IMG/VR virus record: IMGVR_UViG_3300010430_000003
Coordinates: 124,001-188,000 of that record
Length of the DNA stretch: 64,000 nt
Reading direction: 5' to 3' (one strand)
The translations under genes and the position numbers were made by a program. The notes below the pieces were generated by a model. The model was not told where the DNA came from, did no database searches, and saw only the letters and a program-made list of their open reading frames with translations. Positions within the stretch are counted from its first letter, which is position 1. The number at the start of each line of letters is the position of its first letter. Of the stretch, positions 22,201 to 33,490 are shown piece after piece.

Positions 22201-24883
22201 CAAATATCAATATCATCATTGCTCTTCTTATCTTCGATGAAACAGGTGTCAATTTCATTCCGTCTTGTTATAGTAGGTCCAGAAGTCAAATGAAACCAAC
22301 AAAATTATTGCACTACAAAGATTATATAGGAATACAAATGCACCGATTCCATGAGAGATATCCAATACCATGAATAACAATAGATTGAATATCAATATGG
22401 TGATTGCAATCAATATCTGCGCATCAGCAGACATTATGTATTTGAGAGAAAGAAAAGAAAAAGAAGTAAAGCTTAAAGGAAGACTTACAGTGATCAAAGC
22501 CCGCATTGCTTCTTTATTGTTATGGAATCGCTGTCGCTATTTCCATAGGCAATTCCCAGTTGATCATGAATAACAATTCAATCAACATGTTCATTGCCGC
22601 TCATATCATTTCAAGCATTGATATATATTACATTAAGCAGATAGGAGAGTTTATATACCCCAGAGGACATATCAACTCACAGAGATTCATATATTATAGA
22701 GAATATATACATCAAACTTGTCGAGCCTTCGCCAAAATATATCCAATGGACTCAGAAAGGTCTAACATGTTCGACGAAGTAACAGTGCAATGAATGATTC
22801 AAATATCAATATGTTCATCGGTTTTCATGTCTTTTCAGACACAAATATATATCACGTTGTTCGGATGGGGGAGTTTATCTATCCTAGAAGAAAAGCATAC
22901 TCATATAGATTCTCATTTTATAAAGAATATGTATGGCAAGCAACGCGACGCTTCGCATCATCATATCCAATACAATGCCATGAATAATTCAGAAATCAAT
23001 ATTGAAATATGCAACAACTTCGTTTCAAGAGCAAGCAATGGTTCTATAAGATTCTATATGCATAGAAGTTCAATGTATTATAGATTATATGGGTATCAGG
23101 TAAGAACGAACAAAATAACTATCTATACAAGAATATTCTTTCAACCAATAATGAAGTATATGATGGAAGAGCATCCAACGGTTATTAAGCAGGATGCGGA
23201 ATCACAGTATATACGGTGGAAGATGTGGAAACTGACAGAGCGAGCAGAGAGGATTCTAAGAAAGTCATTCATTTAGATAAGGGTTTATCTATAAGGTAGT
23301 GTGGAATGGATTGTGTGGGTGTGTGCTTGGTTAGAAGGGAACGACCGGAGGGAGTGTAGTAGTTGATTCTAGCACTGTAACTCAGGAACAAAGTAACTAG
23401 GAATAACAGAGATGAAAAGAGACATAATTAATCAAATAATAGCACAAACATTATTCGTAACCCACATTCAAGAAGTGTGGAAATATAGACTAACTTATCA
23501 TAGAGGAACATATAAATATTATGAAGGGTTAGGTGATATCCTTCCTTTACCAAGAATAGCAGAAACAGTGTTAATTGATAAAGCCTCACACCTCAGAAGA
23601 AAACCATGATTGATACAATTGTAAACTGTCATATTGGGGCATTGATATCATATCAGTTTTCGAGATCGCACATATTGCATGGCGATCTCCCCAGACCCAG
23701 ATTAACACTATCCAGTTATTTTAATGTTAAGAGCAGAAGAAGCATGGGGTATCAATGGTTAGTGAGAGAATTATGAACATTAATATCCAGATAATGAGTT
23801 TTATGGTTAGAGAGTTCTTCTTCTATCCAAACACTGTGGTCTTTGAAAGATATGTATATTATGACTATGCAGATGTATTGGCATTCTATCAAATAGATAT
23901 TAAAGATACTTTGATTAAGTATAGGAAATTAATGTGAATGTTGAGATAGCAATACGGTTTCTTGAACCACTAACAGATGCTACCATGTTTTTGAATAGTG
24001 CTAGCACACGATATTCATTATCAGAGCCTTGCCACTCAATAAGATCAGAGGAGGTGAGATTTTTTAAGAAAAGCTTGAAATATTACTATGAAGTGCAACA
24101 ACAATGAATATTAACATTATGATAGCAAACTGTTGGTTGGGGCCATTCACATATTCCAGTATGTATTTGAACAATTGTTATAAGAAATATAGCATTATTC
24201 GTTATGGATCTGCCATCGCTGGACGCTTCTTAAGAGAGGTTAGATATCATTTAAATAACCTTTTGATAGCTGATAAATGAATATCAATCAAATGGTGGCA
24301 TATGCATATATTCGATCTTATTGGTGGAGAAACATCAGACCTATCACTGATAGGTCGAGTTTACAATGGCAAATAGAATGGATAAATATAACTGACTACA
24401 TCGAGGAAGTTGAGTACCATATTTCCTCATTACCTGATACCACTTACCCAGTACCCAGGTAGGGCTCGCCCACATGCGCACACGCATAACACACACACAT
24501 ACGCACATATGTGCAATAGGTGAACAATGAAAAAGATATTAAAGAGCAAACAGAAAGGCGTTCATTATTCCAATCATAAGAGCACATATGAAGAAATCAT
24601 AACATTAGTGGCCATTGATGTAAGCCATGCAAACATTAATCTATTGATAACAGAGAAGTTCTTTAAATCAATGATCAATAATGGATCACTGTTTACTTCA
24701 AAGTTATTTCGTCCGCCCTATCCAAGATATAATCCAGCTGCTATCATGAGACATCATAGTTATGCTTGGGCTTGGCAAACAATTATTAATGAGAATGTGC
24801 TACTTAATGTGCATTCCTGCGCCAGAACAAATATTAACTATTTGCATAGGTTAGGAATTAATCAGAATTTATCTCATTGTTAA
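19197..24883 (+). repeat. tandem array of ~28 paralogous MNIN-family small ORFs
   Basis: starts at about 19197, 19339, 19515, 19712, 19888, 20066, 20254, 20426, 20601, 20792, 21007, 21202, 21425, 21625, 21834, 22012, 22191, 22370, 22566, 22790, 22980, 23412, 23606, 23773, 23934, 24104, 24277 and 24527 (motif internal); each carries (I)NxxIA-type motif, ~180-230 bp period. Confidence 0.85.
24470..24515. repeat. alternating purine-pyrimidine (CA/CG) low-complexity tract
   Basis: CACATGCGCACACGCATAACACACACACATACGCACATATGTGCA. Confidence 0.7.
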
Positions 24884-24901
24884 AAATCCATAGTTCCAAA
24901 T

Positions 24902-24920
24902 GATATTGATATTCATTATC
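24902..24920. promoter_or_regulatory. Fur-box-like site
   Basis: GATATTGATATTCATTATC matches the classical GATAATGATAATCATTATC at 17 of 19 positions; intergenic. Confidence 0.45.
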
Positions 24921-25037
24921 AAAATGTTTTTTCAGAAACCTCGAATCCTTTTTGAATTCCGCGCATCTTGCGCGCTCCTTAGATCACCCGAATCAAAACT
25001 GTGGCATTGATACCACGCAAATAAAATGAGAATGACC

Positions 25038-25163
25038 GAAACCTTTTTGAGTTTCGAGACTCTTAACCTTGAAGCCGCGAAACACCGCACAAACACTGAC
25101 CGAAACGGAGTGCAGAAAAAACGGAGAAAGTTAGAAACCTTTTCGAGTTTCGAGCACCTTAAC
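25038..25163. repeat. two 30-bp direct repeats (25038-25067, 25134-25163), each containing a GAAAC-N8-GTTTC dyad
   Basis: GAAACCTTTTTGAGTTTCGAGACTCTTAAC vs GAAACCTTTTCGAGTTTCGAGCACCTTAAC (26/30). Confidence 0.8.
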
Positions 25164-25239
25164 ACTGAGACCGAGGGAACACGTTCCGAGGCTCAACAAC
25201 CGCACAGGCTGCCAAGCCTACCAAACAACGAGGTAAATC

Positions 25240-25887
25240 ATGGGAAAGAAGAACGAAGAGACGACCGAAGAGACGCCGAGCAACATGGAGCGCATTTCTT
25301 CTGCGCTGGCCCTGCTGGAGAACGTACAGCCTCCTGCGACGTCAGACGAAGTCAAGTCGATCAAGGCCGAGTCCGATAAGCTGAGCAAGGCGCGTGAGGC
25401 GCTGAGCGCTGCTGGTCTCGACACTGACGCGGTCGATGCGAAGATCGCGGAACTCGGCGAAGCGGAAGCGAAAGCGGACGCGGGTCGCTCGGAACTGGTT
25501 GTTGCGCTTGCTCATGTTGAGCGCTTCACCAAGATTCTGGGTCAACGGTGCTCCGGTGCTAGGGTGGAGAGTGTCCGGGAGAAGTTCGCCGGAATCATCG
25601 AGGCCGGAATTCCTGAGTTTCCGGGACCGTGTGAAATGAAGACCCTCGCAAGCGGTAAGAAGCGGGCTGTCCACGGTGGACGGGCAACGCAGATCGTTAC
25701 CGCTCTCCTCTCGATGTCGGAGAATGGTCGGCTGCGCGTCAGCATCGAAGCCATGGCGGAAGCCCTGCTGGACGTCGACGATACTTTCGGCGACCTCGAA
25801 GGTGCTGCCCAGCAGTGTCGCACGGTACTTCAGAACTATGCCGACGTGTGGACGTCTGATAGTTCCTTCGTGTTCTCGCAGAATTAG
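25240..25887 (+). CDS. hypothetical protein in a GC-rich island
   Basis: GAGGT RBS, 215 aa, strong G/C third-position bias; coiled-coil N-half, possible winged-helix C-terminus. Confidence 0.8.
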   Translation: MGKKNEETTEETPSNMERISSALALLENVQPPATSDEVKSIKAESDKLSKAREALSAAGLDTDAVDAKIAELGEAEAKADAGRSELVVALAHVERFTKILGQRCSGARVESVREKFAGIIEAGIPEFPGPCEMKTLASGKKRAVHGGRATQIVTALLSMSENGRLRVSIEAMAEALLDVDDTFGDLEGAAQQCRTVLQNYADVWTSDSSFVFSQN

Positions 25888-25984
25888 CGAGGACATACCC
25901 ACCACGGGCATAGGGTATCGGGAGTTAATCAAATCTCCCGGCCCTTTGCCAAACATTCCAAACAAAACAAAAAGATCCATTAAC

Positions 25985-26102
25985 AGGGGGGAGGGGTATC
26001 CCCCGGAATGTAAGTCGCCGTTATCCAAAATCGGCTTGTTCCTCCAACTAAGACCATTCAAAAAACTGCGCACATTATTTCTCAAAATAAGGGGGGAGGG
26101 GT
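25985..26102. repeat. duplicated AGGGGGGAGGGGT tract at the transcription convergence point
   Basis: copies at 25985-25997 and 26090-26102. Confidence 0.75.
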
Positions 26103-26839
26103 TAATTGAGAGGTTTGAACAATAGGGGTTTGAGCTTCTTTAAACTCCTGCGAATTTGTTTCGTGGAGAGTCCTGTAATGTCACGGAGGTTTGCAAGCAT
26201 TTCCTTTTTATGAGAAAAATCGCATTCAATGGGGTCATTGAGCCATGATATCAATGTTTTAAGGACTTTTACATGATTTCTCTTATAAGAGGTTATTAAC
26301 AACGGAGACGACAGCAGGCGAGCTGCATTCTGCTTGATGAGCTTCCCCACCTCGGCATTATATACTTGAGTGTGTTGAATGGGCTCTGTTTCAAAGGTAT
26401 CCACGGATTGATATACAAGACGCTTGCCCTCCTTAAGCAGCTTTCTGTTCGCTGCCCAAAAGAAATAAATTGCGGATTGTTCAAAATACCGATACATCCT
26501 CTTATTCATTTTAATGGTTTGAAATGCCATAAATAGTTGGGATTTGCAATCTTGCCGATATTCGAATAATTCATTTGATGACGGCTTTATATTCCATCGC
26601 ACATGTTCTTTTAACACTTGATCAATGATTATATCAAAATATTCTTCCAATTGGAAATATAGTTTATTGCGCTTTGAATTTGATGATCTCAAAAATTCAA
26701 TCACCAATTCATTAAAATTTTGATGATCAAGAAACATAACAACTCGTGGACCACCAGTTACTTTAAGAACTGTGTGTTCTGTAAACAATCTTTCTGCTTC
26801 ATCTGATGAAATAATGCAAAATTTATCTTTTGATGGCAT
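26102..26839 (-). CDS. divergent phage sigma-factor-like protein
   Basis: region-2-like EYRQDC...LF.AF...YRYF...A and C-terminal HTH KK.....LRDITGLSTKQIRRSL; AGGAGA RBS. Confidence 0.55.
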   Translation of the reverse strand: MPSKDKFCIISSDEAERLFTEHTVLKVTGGPRVVMFLDHQNFNELVIEFLRSSNSKRNKLYFQLEEYFDIIIDQVLKEHVRWNIKPSSNELFEYRQDCKSQLFMAFQTIKMNKRMYRYFEQSAIYFFWAANRKLLKEGKRLVYQSVDTFETEPIQHTQVYNAEVGKLIKQNAARLLSSPLLITSYKRNHVKVLKTLISWLNDPIECDFSHKKEMLANLRDITGLSTKQIRRSLKKLKPLLFKPLN

Positions 26840-26848
26840 TACATCTCC

Positions 26849-29800
26849 TTAAATTGCTGCAATGGATTTAATTGCAATATCCCATTCAACATGGGCGTCT
26901 TTAACTTGACCGTTTTCAATTATGAAAACACGAATATCGAATGATTCGGTCTCCCAAGCAGAAAGTTTATCTCCGAAACAATTGCGGACATCATTCGTAT
27001 CCCCAAATCCATAATCACTTCCATGACCCCAATAACAAAAAATGAAATAAGGTTTGGTTGCAAGATTTAATTCCCAATCTGCAACCACTTGTTTTAAGTT
27101 GGCTTCGTCTTCAACGTCGATAAAGTTGTTAATCAGTTGATCAAAGATTGATTTCATAAATGAACCTCCATCTCCGCAAGCTTGACAAATAAGATTCAAT
27201 CCAAATGCGTTGAATCGACTCATGTCGATGCATTGGATTCCATATTTCATTGCGTCCCAAACTAGTCTTGGTTTGAAAATGAAAAGATTGACGGCTTTCA
27301 TTCCGCACCAAGCTTCTGACAAAAGCATAATAAACAATCGGGGTGAGATCATTCATAACTGATACCATGTTCGGACGCTTTTCAAATAGCTATTGATCCA
27401 AGTGTGTTGAATATGACTTGAATAAATAAGCGGATTAAATCTATCATTGCCAGGAACAAGAGTTCTTTTTTGAGAAATAATGAAAGTTCGATGAGCGGGA
27501 TACCTCAACAAACTTCTCACGAAGGAATAATAAATGAGCGTGTTGAGATTACCAGTCAATGACGGAAGCCTTCAAATACGGCGAATCAAGATTTGAATCC
27601 GCCCAATCCGTATTATCCTCCCACCATTTCAAGCCCCTAAATGTCCCCGTGTTCATATGGGGATCTCCAGCTTGTCTAAGAATGACTTCCATGATTGCTT
27701 CATCAACCTCCGTCATATCTTTGTGATTGAGGATATACTGAAAATGCAAGGCCATCTCTCTGAACTCCTCATAAGATTGCACATCCCAGTCGGGGAAGGT
27801 TTTTGAAGAATGATGGGTTATTTCATCATAAATGTTTTCGGGATCAAATGCGCGGTATGGGAATGCGATCGTTTTGACTCGCTTCGCGAGATCATCATAA
27901 TTCATTGCTGCTCCAATCTTCGTTGTTCTCTTAACAATGTCTTAAGAGAATGAATATTATTGGTATTGAAAAGCCTCATATTTATGTGGTAATATGAATG
28001 TGGAAAAATAAAATTATCAACCCAGAAAGGGTTGAGGAAAAATCCAAGCCTTCGCAACATTGCACAATGTATTTTTTGATTGATATTCATTAGTAAGGGT
28101 AACGTGAAAAGGTTCTATAATTATCAAAATCAATCTTTTCTTCCATATTCCGCCACCGGGCATCATTCTCATTTCTCATTAATGTTAAATATGAATCCAT
28201 CCAACCATTTGTGTATCTTGCATTCGGTTTAATATCATAATATGGTTTTATATAATATAAAGAATCAAAGTGACAACAAATCTGTGCCATCTTTTGTATC
28301 ATTGCATATTTTATTATAAGATTGATATTCATGTTGGGTTATTCATCTGGAATCTGATAACGCGAGAACTGCAATTCTGATGGGGAATCTTCAAAAGGGT
28401 AAGCATCATGGATAACCTTCACATGCCACCCTGCTTTCGTAAAGTCCTCAACAAGTCGATCAATATATAAGGTTAACTTGTATACATTAAAGGTCGAACA
28501 TCCGCTCATGAGCCGTTGATTGACTTCCTTGACCACCTCTTCATAAGATGGTGCCAAATGTCGTTCCACTTCATCAGGAGTAACAGGTATGGGTTGGTTT
28601 TCTCGCTTTTGCGGTCGTTTTATGGGTTTGTTAAACATGCTTGTTTTCCCATGGCAGAGACCATCCGTAATCATCGCCTTCTTCAAACATGCGTTCTGGA
28701 TCGAGATTTAGAACTTTGCATAACTCTTCTTCAATTCTTTCGGGATCTGGATCATGAACAACGTGTTCACTGACAGCATCTGCAATCCGTTCAACCAATT
28801 TGCGTGCTTCGTCGCGTTCTTCTTTTAATTGCGTCATATTGGCTTCATATTCTTTATGAAGTTCTTCGATATGATCGGCAACAACATCACCAACCCATCC
28901 CTCAACATAATTGCCAGCAAGCTCTCTTACCCAATCCGCATTCTGTTTATGTCGCTTGTTATCGCTCATTGAATGTCCTAGACTTGCATTCCCAAAGGAT
29001 TCATGATGGTTAAAATTGTGGTTGTGATCGCAAGCATTAGAATAAAAAGAAATACTGGTTTTGCCAAATTGGGTGCTTTCTTTGTGAAAAATTCATCGAG
29101 ATATGCCACTATAATAAGAATTAGGGATAACGAACAGATCACAGTGATGACAATCACAAAATACATAAAGAACATTAAAAGATCAATCATCACCACCTCT
29201 TTTTTCAAGACATCTGTGAGCACATTCAAGTTCATCTTTCAATCGATCAATCTCCATGACGCACTCTCCATACTCATTTGATAGATAGATAAATGCTTCA
29301 TCAAGCAGTGCGATAGACGCAGATTGCTCCGCAATGATCTTATCTTTCTCATTGGATTCAAATAGCTTTGGATTCATTGCTTTCACACCTTCCCCGAAAC
29401 AATCCAAACATAATTGAGTGGAGTATGATGTAATCAAATATCGTGGCATCACATCTTCTCGATATTCTTTGCAGGACCTGCATGTTTTGAATTTGATTCG
29501 GTCAATCTCAAGACTCATTTTGATTCTAGAAATCATCAATAATCCGCGTTGTCGTTAAACCATTTCCAAAAGGAATCGGTTTTCAAACCATAAACTGCAA
29601 ACACAAGAGCTTCAAAAGCATACTGGACATGATCTCTGCCGGGATATCCATCATCAAGAATTGATTCATTCATCTCTTTAATGAATGATTTAAGACTCTT
29701 AACATTAACGTCTTTATCATCAACCATTGTTGGTGGCCCATTTTCATTTCGCTTTTCTTTGAATGTGGCAATTTCCCGTAATTCTTCCGGAGTTAATTCA

Positions 29801-32800
29801 TCTAAACTCTTTCTCAATAAAGTGTTGTATTCAAAAATGTCAGTCATCGTTTTCCTCCGGCAATAACACGCCCCAATATAGTGCGCACCATCCTTCCATT
29901 AACACCAACTCAATATCCTCACCGTATTCATCAGCAAGCTGTTCGGCAATGTTTGCAAGCTCTTTGATGGTGATTCTATCCCACTCACTATCAGGAAGGT
30001 TTTTGTAAATTCGTTTCCATTTCGTTTTCTTCATATAAATATTATATCAAAAATCTGTGCAGATTCAAGAATAATTAAATATCGAATGTTTATGAGGTCG
30101 ACGTTCGCCGGGCATTCGCGTCTGCAGCCCTTACACGACATGACAAAATATAGATAGTTCTTTCTAATTCTTGAAATTTAAAATTTTTAATATAATCAGT
30201 TCTATCTGCACACAACCTTTTGTGACTTATAAAAGAACGAACCCAATTATTATCGATTGATGCAAGAAACATGTGAGTTAAAATCAAATTATGATTCATA
30301 TAAAATCTCGCATGCAACAGCGTTATAATAAAGTTGAAGAGGTTGCTGTTTATGAAATCTATTATAGCTTCTTCTTAAGAGAAGATAATCTTGCGTTAAT
30401 GCATATGAATCATTTATATACGCATATGCCACAATTAAATTCACATTAGTGTTCACATTCTTTCACGGTGTATGTTAAAGTTGTTTCTCGTGTTTTGGGA
30501 TCATCTCATCTCCTTAAAAAATTTCATCATAATGATTGATTACAGGAAATCCTGCATCTGCTATCCTTCCTCGTATTTCAGCATAGAACAATATATCTTC
30601 TTTATTCCGTGCATTGCAGCCACCGCTATGATCGAGACCATCAGAAACCATTACAGCGGAGACATCCATATCAGCTTTCATCTTCCCATAATCACCATTC
30701 CAAGTCCCTTTTATGGGTTCAAATCCCATTACATAGATTGCGTAATCAGAATCAGGTGATTTTGTGATATATAGATTTTCTGTATCGTAATCTCCTCCGG
30801 GTGAATTGATTTCAATGTTGCAATCAAAATCATCAAAGAGATCAATAACTTCTTGTGTTTTCCATCGTTTCATTTTCTTCTCATACTTGAAATTAAAAAA
30901 GGCACCCCTGTTCCGGCCATAAGTACAACTGTTAAAGCTGTGCGTTCACCAAAAGTGATTGCAAAGTCTGCAAAAAGAGCAATGATTGAAACCCCAATTA
31001 TGCATGAAATAAGCGTTGTGAATAAACCATCATTCTCATTTTCTTTTTTCATCTCAAAGTCCCATGAAGATTTGCAATCTTGATCGTTTATTATGAAGAA
31101 TCATAGAACAAAAATCACGATAAGCATATTTTATTCTAATCTCACGATATGAATGATATTTCTGATAGAAATCCATTTCAACTTGAGTCTTCCATATTAC
31201 AGGAACTCCTTGAATAACCATATTATACCCAACACACAAATTTATCATTGTATCTTTACACATTTATATTTTTCAATGTTCGCAAATAAGAAGTGAGCCA
31301 ATTCTCAACTTTATTGTGATAAAAGAAGCTAGAACAAAAATATTTTGGCCAATAAAAACTATCCCATGATGTGAATCCGAGCACTTCTATTGTTGTCGTT
31401 CTTCTAAGAAAACGATCACGCACAACTTTATTAATATCCATATTTTTTAAAATGCCTAAAGAAGATTTGAGGACGAAAGCAATTATATTTAAGCATGGAT
31501 TGATAATTATCATATGAACAGTAAACATCTTTCATTGAATAACATTCCAACGGTTCAAAGGGATAGGTAGGATGCCACCAATACCATATTAATCGGTTAG
31601 CAAGAATAGTATTAATATTTGAATTCATTGATTTTCAACATATAATGTTCATACCATCTTTTTAACCACCGTTCACCACAATTAATAGGATCAGTATATT
31701 CTCTAAAAAATATCAAGAAGTGACTTCTACCTTTTCTTGGGTGACTTTCATAACCGACACCGGGAAAATTTCTATCACCTAAATTAAAATTGGGATTGCT
31801 AGGTGAATATAATTCCAAATATATTCGGCAGGCTAGAAGTTGATTGATGTTGGAATTCATCGAATTTCAATTAGGGGAATGAAAAACAAAACAATAGTTA
31901 GGAATTGACCATATTGGTCCATCTTCATAAACCCACGCATATGTTTCATTCCCTTCCATTATAAAGGAATCATATTGATATGTGATTTTAAAATCATGCC
32001 ATGAAAACCATGTAGTTAAAAACTTTGCGGCAATGGCATAATTAATTTCTTGCGAGGTTGGATTATACTTTGGAAAGATGTTATACATCTGAACAAATCA
32101 GAATGATATAACAATTCCACAATTCTTTAACCCACTCATGTTCTTGAGGTGTTAAATCTTTCATTATACTTCCGTAAGATTGCACATAATATCTTCTGCG
32201 AATCGCTTGTTGGAAATTACACTACAAATTTCAGTAATCTCATCACAAAAAACATCAAAAGCCTCTTCTCCTTCTTCCCAAAGATTGAGGAGAAGTTGGC
32301 TTGCTTCATTCCCAACAGATCGTGTGGGCCAAGCAATATCGTATGCTTCTAGGTGATCATGACCTTCATTCGCCGCATCAACAATAATTCGAGCAATGAG
32401 TTTAACATCGTCGAGCGATTTAATTCCAAATTCAAACGCTTCTACAGAACTTTTGTCTTGAATAGAATACGTTCCAAACTCCATATAAATGGGGAAAATA
32501 TAATCAAGATATTCTTGTGTAGTTTTGATTTTCACTTATTATTCCTCGCAGTTTCGTTTTGAGAAAATTAATCCAATTTGAATGCCAATTAATAGTTTCT
32601 ATTGCTTGATAATATTCCCATGCGCAATAACGCCGAGATTTCAGGTCAATATCATAATACTCTCCATCTCTAAAAAGCATAATAGCAATATATTGATTAA
32701 TCATGGTGTCATTCATGCTAACTTGCTGATTCTAATGCCCAATAAACACACCGCCATAAATCTTCAACCCATTCTCGCTCATCTGCAGAAATGGCTTCAT

Positions 32801-33113
32801 TGTCAGGATCAATTGCCATTCGGAACCATTCGGGTTCAATATCTCCCCAACCTCTTTCTTCGAGCGTTTCATAAAAGGTTTGCAAGAAGATGTTTGTCTT
32901 TTCATTCATGTCAGGCTTAGGAACATACATCACCCATCGCTCTTTGGCAAAGAAAGCGAGTTTATCATTATCATTTCTTTTGCAATTAAAACCATTGGTT
33001 TCATGAACTTTTGTAAATTCAATTAACATTGAACCTGATTCACCTTCATCAAGGGCAATAGAGAAAACATCACCAACTTCGAGATTTTCAAACTTTACTT
33101 TTTCCATTATCAT
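26849..33113 (-). CDS. block of ~25 small genes: acidic hypothetical proteins alternating with MNIN-family ORFs (family members 27141-27356, 27353-27559, 27902-28090, 28090-28332, 30090-30299, ~30290-30456, 31054-31263, 31256-31441, 31431-31628, 31612-31860, 31867-32088, 32504-32716)
   Basis: ORF track plus N-terminal motif; all on the - strand with overlapping junctions. Confidence 0.6.
30041..30068 (-). promoter_or_regulatory. sigma70-like promoter
   Basis: TTGAAT-N16-TATAAT, 6 nt before the ATG at 30034. Confidence 0.65.
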
Positions 33114-33171
33114 CCTTTTTCATAAGATTTAAAATTACTTCTTCTTTTTTCATTTTAAAGCTCGCAAAGAT

Positions 33172-33245
33172 TGGATATCAACTGAGGGTTTCGAACCTTC
33201 ATCCTCCCCATCACAGGGCACTTTACCACTTAAGTTAAGTTGATA
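33172..33245 (-). ncRNA. tRNA-like RNA with shortened anticodon arm and encoded CCA
   Basis: TATCAAC/GTTGATA stem, D arm TAACTTAAGTGGTAAAGT, CCC-TGTGAT-GGG mini arm, GGTTCGAAACC, 3' TCCA. Confidence 0.6.
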
Positions 33246-33321
33246 GACGGCAGGCAATCTTGTATCCTAGACAACGCCTGCCTAAGTTTAGTGTCTTTCA
33301 GCACTTCGCCACGTTTAAGTT

Positions 33322-33437
33322 GCATCATTAGATTAAAATCGTGCGTCCTTCCTTTAGACGACAGGAACATAAGAAAGAAAGTTCCCGGTGGGATTCGAAC
33401 CCACATACATTGATTATTTTGATGAAACATTTGATGC
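33322..33437 (-). ncRNA. circularly permuted tRNA-like RNA (YrlA Y-RNA-like), copy 2
   Basis: order T arm GTGGGTTCGAATCCCAC, CGGGAAC, loop, GTTCCTG, D arm GTCTAAAGGAAGGAC; ends pair GCATCA/TGATGC. Confidence 0.7.
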
Positions 33438-33490
33438 GAAGATAACACTTGGTTGCTCAATTTTGGAGTAAGAATTTCATGTTAATAAAG

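Noticed and set aside
19197-24883. Small ORFs as fragments of long genes under stop-codon reassignment
   Set aside because: Consecutive ORFs are in different frames, overlap, and each restarts with its own motif; long conserved genes are intact in the standard code and end in TAA, TGA and TAG.
19197-24883. CRISPR array, integron cassette array or DGR target array
   Set aside because: No conserved nucleotide repeat or attC-like palindrome between units, no adenine-specific template/variable pair, and no cas, integrase or RT gene in the window.
25342-26085. 247-aa minus-strand ORF and other overlapping ORFs in the GC island
   Set aside because: Shadow frames of the GC-rich 25240-25887 gene, which has the RBS and codon bias.
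26849-27352. 167-aa ORF as annotated in the track
   Set aside because: Its 5' part overlaps the MNIN paralogue 27141-27356; the real gene probably starts at MKSIFDQ (~27157) after a GGAGG RBS.
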